A program made the translations under genes and the position numbers. The notes beneath the pieces are model-generated. The model did no database searches, was not told the DNA's origin, and was given only the letters and a program-made list of their open reading frames with translations. This document shows, in pieces, positions 56,654 to 64,000 of a stretch of 64,000 nucleotides of DNA. Numbering within the stretch: position 1 is the stretch's first letter; every line of letters starts with the position of its first letter. The stretch lies in the IMG/VR virus record IMGVR_UViG_3300042889_001272, positions 124,001-188,000 of that record, one strand, 5' to 3'.

Positions 56654-57640
56654 TTAATTTATCGAGTTATCTACTTGATTTTCTTTGACCTGGGCACCAA
56701 GTCTGGGTGGATTAATCCAGCTTTCCTTGAACATTTTACTTCCGTTATAGTCAAGTTCTGCAATCTCTAATCCTAGGTTTGTTCTCAATGATTCTCCTAG
56801 TTTGAATATTTCGTCTTGTAGTTTTTTCTTGTCATATGTCCAGCCACTGGCTAAACATTTTTCAGACTCTCCGGCAAACTGTGGACGGACAGCATTTTTC
56901 CAAAAATCATCATGCCATTCAAAATCTCTCACCAATGTGAAATCAAAGCCATCTCTGTCAATATTAGACATATAGCAACCTAATCTAGTTCCGTACATGG
57001 CCCATAGTCCATTGTATACATCAGCACCTACACTAGCCCATACCAGCAAACGTTTATAATTTCTATCGTGTACTCGTTGTTTGAGTTGCCTAGGATCCAC
57101 GGTTACTCCGCCTTCTAATGCTAGTTTAACACCTTCACGGAAGCCTGCGCGATATGCTTGGTAAGCACTGGCATTATTAAAAACGTCACTGTATATGTTA
57201 TTCATTTGATGATAGTAAATGTCCCAGCAAAAGTCAACTTGTGCTTTGGGATCTTCTGCGGCTTCGTGTGTACGCATTTGTTCTACCACATGTTTGGGCC
57301 AAAGTTTAATGCCGCCATTGCCATAAACTAAACCGTTGACAACATTCTTGCCTGCCCATGATATAACGTCATGTCGACTAATTTTCGACATATCCAATTC
57401 AATGCTTAAAAAGTCATCACGTACAATGTTATCTGCATCCACAGTAATAAATCTATCTGTTTCAGCGGCAGCGGCAGCGGCTTTGTGCGCGGCATCAAAT
57501 CCTTTTACTCCATGCACACGCTTGGCCCATGGAGCTTTGTTACATAAGTCAGAATAGTTCTTATCGGCGTTGGGTTCGTCGTAGCTTAAAAATATAATAT
57601 CAAAACTGGTAATCGGTGCTAGCATCTTCTTCCTTTGCAT
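56654..57640 (-). CDS. DxD glycosyltransferase-like protein, paralog family member
   Basis: FLSYDEPNAD, RVHGVKGFDAAH, TVDAD, NGLVYGNGGIKLW, RAGFREGVKL. Confidence 0.6.
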   Translation of the reverse strand: MQRKKMLAPITSFDIIFLSYDEPNADKNYSDLCNKAPWAKRVHGVKGFDAAHKAAAAAAETDRFITVDADNIVRDDFLSIELDMSKISRHDVISWAGKNVVNGLVYGNGGIKLWPKHVVEQMRTHEAAEDPKAQVDFCWDIYYHQMNNIYSDVFNNASAYQAYRAGFREGVKLALEGGVTVDPRQLKQRVHDRNYKRLLVWASVGADVYNGLWAMYGTRLGCYMSNIDRDGFDFTLVRDFEWHDDFWKNAVRPQFAGESEKCLASGWTYDKKKLQDEIFKLGESLRTNLGLEIAELDYNGSKMFKESWINPPRLGAQVKENQVDNSIN

Positions 57641-58589
57641 GTAAATGAAAATAGTTACATACTAATTTAACTTCTTTTTCACTTGTTAATTTTATCTCAA
57701 AATTATTATAGTTGTTAAGTTGGTTACTACTTAACTTGATAGAACCCAGCATCATTGTCGGGTCATGTTTTTCACAAATGTATAATTCTATGTCTTCATT
57801 TAATCTAAATGTGTTGATGTCTTGTATTGTACTTTGTAATTTTAACACATTACCCGTCTGTTTGTAAAGCAAATTTGGAAGATAATCTAAATTATTTTCT
57901 GCAACTAAGTTTTCATTTGATCGGTAGTCGTATGATATAATTTGGTTGTCGTTGTAATATAAAAATCCAATGTTTTTCAATCCCAACACATCGTCTGGCA
58001 ACCATCTACACTTAAAACTAATATCGTGTTTTTCAAATAATTCTCTAGTAGACACAGTGAATTTTCCAAACAGCTTGGATCTTTCATTTTTATCAATACA
58101 ATATATTTCTATGTAATCGGGCAATTCTTCCAAGTGTTTTTCTGAAGTTTTTTCCAATAACATATTCAATTTAAAAATATTATAGTCAAAAATTAGCTGT
58201 ATTTTTTTAGTTACTACATCACAGTGTAAGTGTATAAAGGACCGTTCTGAATTTGTGGCGAAAATAAAGTCAAATTCCCCTTTTCTGCGTTGCTTGTTAT
58301 GTGTTAATTCAAATTCATTGGTTGTTTGATTTTTTTTAACTATGAGCTTAGACAGTGATAATTTGTTTTCGAATAATTTTTTTGTTAATGTAGAAGCAGT
58401 TATAACAGCTATCGAATTTCTTTTCTCTGATGGAACAATTTCCATGGGTGATGCAACAACAGGCAAACCTGTAAGTCTATTATATTCGACATACACTTTT
58501 TGTTCGTTATTTGTATTTCTACTTTTAAGAACTCTTTTTTGTATGTCAAATTCTTCGACTTGATCGTCATCACTTACACAGTTGCTCAT
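57600..58589 (-). CDS. hypothetical protein
   Basis: 329 aa ORF overlapping both neighbours. Confidence 0.75.
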   Translation of the reverse strand: MSNCVSDDDQVEEFDIQKRVLKSRNTNNEQKVYVEYNRLTGLPVVASPMEIVPSEKRNSIAVITASTLTKKLFENKLSLSKLIVKKNQTTNEFELTHNKQRRKGEFDFIFATNSERSFIHLHCDVVTKKIQLIFDYNIFKLNMLLEKTSEKHLEELPDYIEIYCIDKNERSKLFGKFTVSTRELFEKHDISFKCRWLPDDVLGLKNIGFLYYNDNQIISYDYRSNENLVAENNLDYLPNLLYKQTGNVLKLQSTIQDINTFRLNEDIELYICEKHDPTMMLGSIKLSSNQLNNYNNFEIKLTSEKEVKLVCNYFHLHAKEEDASTDYQF

Positions 58590-59404
58590 TTATTTTTAAA
58601 ATTTTCTAATATTTCATCAGTGAGCCATCCCTTGGATTCATATTTAACCAAACCATGTTGTACAAAATTTTCAATTTTAAGAGTACCTTTATCATTAACC
58701 CAGTAAGTTAAAAATTCACTCCAACGCTTGGTCCAATTGTTATTAATATAATTATTTTCTTGTTTTGACAGATCTATGCAATGCATAAAATCAAAGGTTG
58801 ATATCTTCTTTTCAGTTATAGACTGCAATAAGGATAGCACCCAACTGGGCCATATATATTTGGGAAACGGTGGCATTTCATGTTCTTTGTCTGCAAAGAA
58901 ATTTATATAATTGTCTTGATCATAACTGGAACATAACACACTGGCCAGTCCTAGAATGTAATCACAGCCCTTGTCTTTGTTGAAAAATATTGCATTTGGA
59001 ATACTGCTGACTCCAAAATTTTTAAATTCGATGCTGGCAGTACTGTACATCACTGGATTTACAATTTCATTATTAAACAAATAGCGATGTTTTGGAAGAA
59101 CAATGGGATCTAAACTTCGCAGATTTTCCCATATTCCTAGATCAAAATAAGTCAACAATTGATCGGGCAGTAAGCCAATAGTCTTGGTATACGGACTCAT
59201 TAACATTGATTTGAAATAGCATAATGTTGGATTCGTTTCATCTAAAAAAATGACATTGTCCGCTTCTATAAATTTTGCATCCGTACTATTAACAATGACA
59301 CTGACAGGTCTAATAGAATCTATTTTTTTAATGCTTGTTATTAATAGATTTATTTCTACAGAGTTTTCATCAGTTCCATTAACTATTAAATAACCTTCAC
59401 TCAT
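58586..59404 (-). CDS. GT-A-like hypothetical protein (degenerate)
   Basis: GYLIV, SPYTKTIGLLPD aligns with SPYRQTLMIDVD of the next gene. Confidence 0.5.
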   Translation of the reverse strand: MSEGYLIVNGTDENSVEINLLITSIKKIDSIRPVSVIVNSTDAKFIEADNVIFLDETNPTLCYFKSMLMSPYTKTIGLLPDQLLTYFDLGIWENLRSLDPIVLPKHRYLFNNEIVNPVMYSTASIEFKNFGVSSIPNAIFFNKDKGCDYILGLASVLCSSYDQDNYINFFADKEHEMPPFPKYIWPSWVLSLLQSITEKKISTFDFMHCIDLSKQENNYINNNWTKRWSEFLTYWVNDKGTLKIENFVQHGLVKYESKGWLTDEILENFKNK

Positions 59405-60293
59405 AGATTAACTCCTTGAGTTTAGTGTAGTGTCTTAAAATTGCCATTTTATTCATCAAGTGTATGTTTTCATTTATTATTCTACTGCAAATATTTTTCC
59501 ATAACTCTTTGGGATCTGGACATAATAACACGTAGTCATTGAGAGATTTAAACTCTACAATATCATCAATTTGCTCACTGAAGCGCATTACTTTTCCTGG
59601 CAGTACTGCCACTGTATTTCCCACTGTTTGGCCATTTAGTATATGTGCGGCAATACTGGCAGCATAGTCTGTTCTGAATAACACTCCGGGAAACTTGTAT
59701 AACCACTTGTAATAATGATAGTTTTCTTTAACATGTTCCCAAACACCAAAGAACAAACGAGCAACTTCACTGTCATTTCTCCAATACACAACTGTGCTCC
59801 ACCACATGTCTATGCCATCTGGATGAAGTTTTTGTTCCCAGATTCTGGGCTTATAATTGCGAACGCTGACAGCGTCTTTATACATTGCAAGTTCGTAGTC
59901 TGTGTCGAACACTGCATCTAAACTATCATTGCCCACAATGTAGTCGACATCTATCATCAATGTTTGTCGGTAAGGGCTTTTTTGAAAAATGCTGTGTTTA
60001 TTTTTATTATTGAACTGTGTGCTGAATTCTGTCCAAGGACTGTCCCTGTGCATTCTTGTATTACGTTCGTGCTGAATATCTTCCACAATGATATGATCAA
60101 AGGTATAAGATAATTGCTCAGGTGTGAGTTCCGCAGTTAACGCATTAAGAGTGTTTAAATCTGTGAGCAAAGTGACATGATTGTTTTTCATGTGCAGTTT
60201 TACATTTGCTGCCGCTATTATTGCCAATCTTTCATAGGCTATTTTGCCGTTGTTATACGCAATCAGCAAAACACCTTTATCAAATTTAGACAT
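59397..60293 (-). CDS. GT-A-like (GT8-like) putative glycosyltransferase
   Basis: GVLLIAYNN, SPYRQTLMIDVDY (DxD), WSTVVYW, FRTDYAASIA, H.MNK. Confidence 0.55.
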   Translation of the reverse strand: MSKFDKGVLLIAYNNGKIAYERLAIIAAANVKLHMKNNHVTLLTDLNTLNALTAELTPEQLSYTFDHIIVEDIQHERNTRMHRDSPWTEFSTQFNNKNKHSIFQKSPYRQTLMIDVDYIVGNDSLDAVFDTDYELAMYKDAVSVRNYKPRIWEQKLHPDGIDMWWSTVVYWRNDSEVARLFFGVWEHVKENYHYYKWLYKFPGVLFRTDYAASIAAHILNGQTVGNTVAVLPGKVMRFSEQIDDIVEFKSLNDYVLLCPDPKELWKNICSRIINENIHLMNKMAILRHYTKLKELIYE

Positions 60294-60639
60294 CTAATCC
60301 TACCAATCCTTTAGTGTCTCTTTTCTTTTTTAGTTTTTCGTAGTCGTTGTAATATTCGTTCAGTGCTTCTGTGTATGCACTGAACAATTTTGTATGAAAG
60401 TCTTGTAATGCTGTTATTAGTATTGGGTTTTCGTTGTCATCTATAAAAACAAATTGTTCGACTTTTTTGTCTAACAAGTGCTGAATAAAATTGATTAGTT
60501 CCAGTGTGGCTGTGAACATTGAATTCGAATAGCCAATGGTTAACACGGTATTCATTCGCTGTTTAAGGTTTAGTTTTTGATTGTTTAAAGTTAAGCGATA
60601 GTTACTGAACTCTAACGCTTCTCTGAGTTTGTCATCCAT
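60286..60639 (-). CDS. conserved large-phage hypothetical protein
   Basis: MDDKLREALEFSNYRLTLNNQK; GGAG RBS; TATAAATA late promoter upstream. Confidence 0.8.
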   Translation of the reverse strand: MDDKLREALEFSNYRLTLNNQKLNLKQRMNTVLTIGYSNSMFTATLELINFIQHLLDKKVEQFVFIDDNENPILITALQDFHTKLFSAYTEALNEYYNDYEKLKKKRDTKGLVGLDV

Positions 60640-60667
60640 TTTGACTCCATTATATACTAGTATAATG

Positions 60668-60675
60668 TATTTATA
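60668..60675 (-). promoter_or_regulatory. T4-type late promoter TATAAATA
   Basis: Exact T4 late consensus on - strand in the intergenic gap at the head of the super-cluster. Confidence 0.7.
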
Positions 60676-60693
60676 GTAGCAAAATGAAATATT

Positions 60694-61773
60694 TTAAGGA
60701 GATGTAGCTATTCCAGAAAAGGCAGGCTGGCCAATTGAAAATGTTGCACTACCGCTGGATTTTGTAGTAGCTTTATTACTTTCCACATACAAGGTGTGAG
60801 TTCCATTTACTTCTGTTGAATCTGCACTATGTAACACAACTCGCAACACTAACTGAACTGGACCGGTTGTATAGCTTCCGTTTGTTGCTACAATCGAACC
60901 ATAAACTCGTATACTTCTTCTACTGCCGCCATATCCGTAGCCATATCCGTAGCCATTGCCGTAGCCATACCCGCCGCCATTGCCGTAGCCATACCCGCCG
61001 CCATTGCCATAGCCATACCCGCCGCCATTGCCATAGCCATATCCATATCCATATCCATATCCATAGCCATATCCATACCCGTATCCGCCGCCGCCGGCGC
61101 TGTTACAAGTTAGTAATAACTGCTCTGTAGAGTTCAAGTCTCTAAAGCCTTTATTTTCGCTGATAATATTTGCAGTAGTTGAAACTGTATTAGTTAATTT
61201 CAAACTTACAACTCCGAATCTAGCATATACTGATTGCCATAACCCAGACGCCCCGGATCCAGTGCCTGTTAAATTTAAATTAATGCTACTATCACTGTTG
61301 AAGAAATATCTAGCTTTATCATAATTTTGAAAATTTAAAGTCACAGTGTATGTTAAGTTAGAATTCCATGGTGTGTTTCTTGGGATGTTTCCCAAAGTAG
61401 CCAATGCTCGTTGTCCAATGGCTGATAAATTATGTCTTGTGTCAACATCAGCTGACACTGTTTCTATATCATTCCAGATGCTGGCAGTGACTTTTTGTCC
61501 GATTATAACACGATCTAGTTCGTAGACACTGCCTGTGTGTTCAGCGCCTAAATTAATACGGTCGATCATTTCATTGACCAGTGCTGCCGTAATTTTTGTT
61601 CCGGTGGTGGCTAAACTAGCGGATGTGTTTCCCCATCCGTAACCCTGTCTAATTTTATCAGCTAATACTGTTTTAGGTATACTACTGGGATAAATGTCGG
61701 CAAAAACTTTGTTGGTATTGTTAACCAACACATTATAGTCACTGGCTGTGATTAATTGCCCTTTTGATGCCAA
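60694..61773 (-). CDS. virion structural protein (tail/baseplate-associated) with Gly-Tyr repeat
   Basis: G..ITASDYN, GYGWG, GQKVTASIWN, ARYFFN motifs; position among structural genes. Confidence 0.75.
   Translation of the reverse strand: MASKGQLITASDYNVLVNNTNKVFADIYPSSIPKTVLADKIRQGYGWGNTSASLATTGTKITAALVNEMIDRINLGAEHTGSVYELDRVIIGQKVTASIWNDIETVSADVDTRHNLSAIGQRALATLGNIPRNTPWNSNLTYTVTLNFQNYDKARYFFNSDSSINLNLTGTGSGASGLWQSVYARFGVVSLKLTNTVSTTANIISENKGFRDLNSTEQLLLTCNSAGGGGYGYGYGYGYGYGYGYGYGNGGGYGYGNGGGYGYGNGGGYGYGNGYGYGYGYGGSRRSIRVYGSIVATNGSYTTGPVQLVLRVVLHSADSTEVNGTHTLYVESNKATTKSSGSATFSIGQPAFSGIATSP
60925..61096 (-). repeat. Gly-Tyr tandem repeat: (GY)n plus (GNGGGYGY) units
   Basis: 6-bp CCATAT/CCATAG runs and 24-bp GCCGCCATTGCC(G/A)TAGCCATACCC units on the + strand. 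Confidence 0.92.
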
Positions 61774-61774
61774 T

Positions 61775-62713
61775 TTATCTCACTCCAACAGCTACTTCTA
61801 CTGTGCTAATACCATTACTGATTTTATCGTTTAATGCTCTGCCGATAATGTTTATTGGATTATATTCATTTGTTGCCATGCCAACGCCTTCGACTTCGCT
61901 GGAAACAATGCGCTGACCTTTACGTACTGTGCCTTTTACTAAACAAGGTACACGACCTTTAAGTGCCACAGGATAAGCATTTTCTTGCATTTTCATTTTG
62001 CTGTTTAACAAGAAGCCAGGGGCAGTTGATATAATACCAAATACTTCTTCGTCGTAGGCTTTAATTGTTTTAGTAATTTCCATTTCGCCGCCAAGACGAA
62101 CAATGTTACCAGGAACAAGTTCGACATCACTTCTATATATTTCTGCCATGTCGGCAAATTCTGCTTCCATTGCACGACCGCGTATTTTAAAGTTACCGTA
62201 TTCAGAACCAGCATCTTGGCCGTCATTCATATTGATGCCGCAGCCAATAGTTGGAAATCTATTTTGCAAACCAGTGTCTGCATGTGGAGTATATGTACCA
62301 GCATCACTGCTGATAATAGCAACGATTGTGCCGGTTGTTGCATTCAATGAAGCTCCGACTTGAATTTTAATAGCACGATGAAAAATTCCTGAAATATCTT
62401 TAATTAAAGCTGTGCTGAATCCGTCCACCGGACCGCCAATTAAATCAGTGCCGCCAATTGGATTCCATTTTACACCGTCATACACGCTGACAACTCGTGA
62501 ATTACTGTTCCACCAAAATTGACCAGTAATTGGATTTGATGGAGCAACTGGGTTACTGAAGTGCTCTAGCATCTGAACTAGGTTTTCTGCCATTATTTCG
62601 CCGTAAGCGGAATAATTTTTACCCAGCAACTTAATAGGAGTAGTTGTATCTACTGTTCTATCTGCAACGATTGTTAGTCGTGTGCCGTCTGTTTTTGTAA
62701 CATCATATGCCAT
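61775..62713 (-). CDS. virion structural protein with C-terminal peptidase G2/IMC-like domain
   Basis: MAYDVTKTDG, GKNYSAYGE..AENL..MLEHF, GQFWW; C-terminal ADMAEIY...PVALKGRVPC...KG. Confidence 0.72.
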   Translation of the reverse strand: MAYDVTKTDGTRLTIVADRTVDTTTPIKLLGKNYSAYGEIMAENLVQMLEHFSNPVAPSNPITGQFWWNSNSRVVSVYDGVKWNPIGGTDLIGGPVDGFSTALIKDISGIFHRAIKIQVGASLNATTGTIVAIISSDAGTYTPHADTGLQNRFPTIGCGINMNDGQDAGSEYGNFKIRGRAMEAEFADMAEIYRSDVELVPGNIVRLGGEMEITKTIKAYDEEVFGIISTAPGFLLNSKMKMQENAYPVALKGRVPCLVKGTVRKGQRIVSSEVEGVGMATNEYNPINIIGRALNDKISNGISTVEVAVGVR

Positions 62714-62736
62714 TCTTCAAAATTCCTTTATTGTAT

Positions 62737-62744
62737 TATTTATC
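62737..62744 (-). promoter_or_regulatory. T4-like late promoter GATAAATA
   Basis: Intergenic, upstream of AAGGA RBS of 62713. Confidence 0.6.
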
Positions 62745-62748
62745 TATT

Positions 62749-63324
62749 TTAGTTTAGTCTAATTCTTAAAGTATAAACAATCTGTATTACTCTGTTTGCA
62801 GACTTTTGCACTGGATCGAACACAATATGACTCAACAAATATCCTGTATTTTTGCCGTTGCTGCCACGGCTTTTTAGACCTAATTCGTTGAAAATATAAT
62901 CCCCGAGGCCAGCCTCTGGTTGATTTTCTTCTATTGTGCAAGTAACTACCAAATCAGTGTAGTTTAAACCAGTGATATGATTTACAACTACATTATTATT
63001 GATATCATCAAAGTTATTTGCAGTGTCGGCCATGTCAACAACTTTGAAATACGTTGGATTATACAGGCCTGCTTGTAAACCTGTGGATAAATTATCAGTG
63101 ACGTCGTTGTAAGTGATGTTTCCAGTTTCGTCTATGATCAAGCCGCCGTTGCCGAAATGCATTTCATATACGTAAGAATTATTGTTTCCTTGTAACATAG
63201 TGGCAATAATTAATGTCATTGTTTCAGGATTAATTGCGTTATGCTCACTGACAAAGACTTCTTGAGTCTTTGGATCCCAAATCTTTACGTGACCATCGAT
63301 GTTAATATTTGTCGAATCTATCAT
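62749..63324 (-). CDS. virion structural (baseplate/tail) protein
   Basis: GHVKIWD...NAI, FNELGL, HIVFDPVQKSANRVIQIVYTLRI; GTTAAATA at 63343-63350. Confidence 0.72.
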   Translation of the reverse strand: MIDSTNINIDGHVKIWDPKTQEVFVSEHNAINPETMTLIIATMLQGNNNSYVYEMHFGNGGLIIDETGNITYNDVTDNLSTGLQAGLYNPTYFKVVDMADTANNFDDINNNVVVNHITGLNYTDLVVTCTIEENQPEAGLGDYIFNELGLKSRGSNGKNTGYLLSHIVFDPVQKSANRVIQIVYTLRIRLN

Positions 63325-63365
63325 TTTATTTCCTGTATACTGTATTTAACTGTTTCTTTAACTAC

Positions 63366-64000
63366 TTAGTTAAAGACGGTGCCTTCTCCGGCAAGTTCGC
63401 CTCCATATCCAATGTTAATTTCAGTGTCTTCTACTGACAATGTTTCGTCCATGGACAAATTGGTATTTTCTATTAACTGTTTATTAACTGTGGAACTTCG
63501 AATTTTATCTCTATAACTTTTTACACTGGTATAAAAGTTTAAAAATACGTCAATGTCATCACGACGAAGTGTATTTGTTTTATCCAAGACGTTGTTTATT
63601 AAATTAATAGGTTCTATTGTGCTGGACTTTTGTAGCCAATCTACATTAGTTTGTTCGCTTAACACATATCTAAACATGGCACACATCATTTTAGAGTAGC
63701 TGACTTTGTATGTATCTACAAAAAGATTATTTCGTAGTGCTTCTGTTATTGCATAAAATATATTGCAGAAGTCAAAGTCCCAAGGAATGTTAATTGCGTT
63801 CCATTTAGAGCCATCCCATGTGCCTTTAGGATCGAACAATTCATCGCTGAGTTTAATTGCGCCACGCTGATTTGTTTTATCAGCAGTTCTATAAACTACT
63901 TTGAATCCTCCATCTACATCTTTTTCATATATAGATTTATCTTCCAATACTTTGATATATGAATTTGCTGTTACATAAGATGTATAAATTTCAGCCAATT
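63366..64000 (-). CDS. C-terminal part of a large structural (baseplate wedge-like) protein; 5' end outside the window
   Basis: Frame open to the window edge; context among structural genes. Confidence 0.65.
   Translation of the reverse strand, partial: LAEIYTSYVTANSYIKVLEDKSIYEKDVDGGFKVVYRTADKTNQRGAIKLSDELFDPKGTWDGSKWNAINIPWDFDFCNIFYAITEALRNNLFVDTYKVSYSKMMCAMFRYVLSEQTNVDWLQKSSTIEPINLINNVLDKTNTLRRDDIDVFLNFYTSVKSYRDKIRSSTVNKQLIENTNLSMDETLSVEDTEINIGYGGELAGEGTVFN

Noticed and set aside
45431-60667. ATACTAGTAT palindromes near 45433 and 60655 as an operator
   Set aside because: Only two AT-rich occurrences noticed, both beside late-promoter motifs; too weak to separate from chance
60925-61096. 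GC-rich tandem repeats as CRISPR, and the His-rich + strand ORF 60816-61130 or Met/Ala-rich ORF 60888-61076 as genes
   Set aside because: No spacers; both ORFs are alternative-frame shadows of the Gly-Tyr coding repeat
1-64000. Bacterial chromosome or eukaryotic giant virus origin
   Set aside because: Baseplate/tail-type genes, T4-like late motifs, sigma70 promoters with SD sequences and dense ORFans indicate a large bacteriophage
1-64000. Alternative genetic code (stop-codon reassignment)
   Set aside because: The standard bacterial code gives full-length, tightly abutting genes, and TAA, TGA and TAG all serve as stops
1-64000. tRNA, rRNA, introns, inteins, homing endonucleases, transposases
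   Set aside because: No cloverleaf or recognisable motif seen, intergenic gaps are very short, and metK, thyX and rnh are uninterrupted; a tRNAscan/Infernal run would be needed to exclude small RNAs

Overview
A gene-dense, AT-rich 64 kb segment of a large tailed dsDNA phage. It reads as T4-like or jumbo myovirus style: T4-type late promoters nnTAAATA, an RNase H/5'-3' exonuclease, ThyX, and baseplate/tail-type genes. The host is probably proteobacterial, possibly betaproteobacterial, given a Bug/TctC gene and perfect sigma70 promoters. Layout: (1) 1-6.9 kb, + strand: folE, queE, metK, exonuclease and conserved hypotheticals. (2) 6.9-11.9 kb: an island with TctC, two paralogous PP-loop ATPases, a PhyH-like dioxygenase and a secreted Ala/Lys/Pro-rich protein. 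(3) 11.9-17.7 kb: a terminator-bounded early region in which most small genes and an AAA+/VWA pair carry their own TTGACA-N17-TATAAT promoter. (4) About 19-60 kb, almost all - strand: a roughly 41 kb biosynthetic-type super-cluster. It holds 14 radical SAM genes (15 rSAM domains, 3 subfamilies), free SPASM-type genes, 4 SGNH-like proteins, 4 paralogous DxD glycosyltransferase-like proteins, 3 SGxxR-family proteins, a carbamoyltransferase, a sugar/cyclitol module, a hydroxylase, a nitroreductase and an SDR. (5) 60.7-64 kb: virion structural genes, one with a long Gly-Tyr repeat. The best candidate for an undescribed system is this super-cluster acting as a late-expressed virion decoration pathway (radical chemistry plus glycosylation/acylation), fed by phage MetK. 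That function is inference. No tRNA, rRNA, CRISPR array or mobile element was recognised. All family calls are from motif recognition by eye, without database searches.
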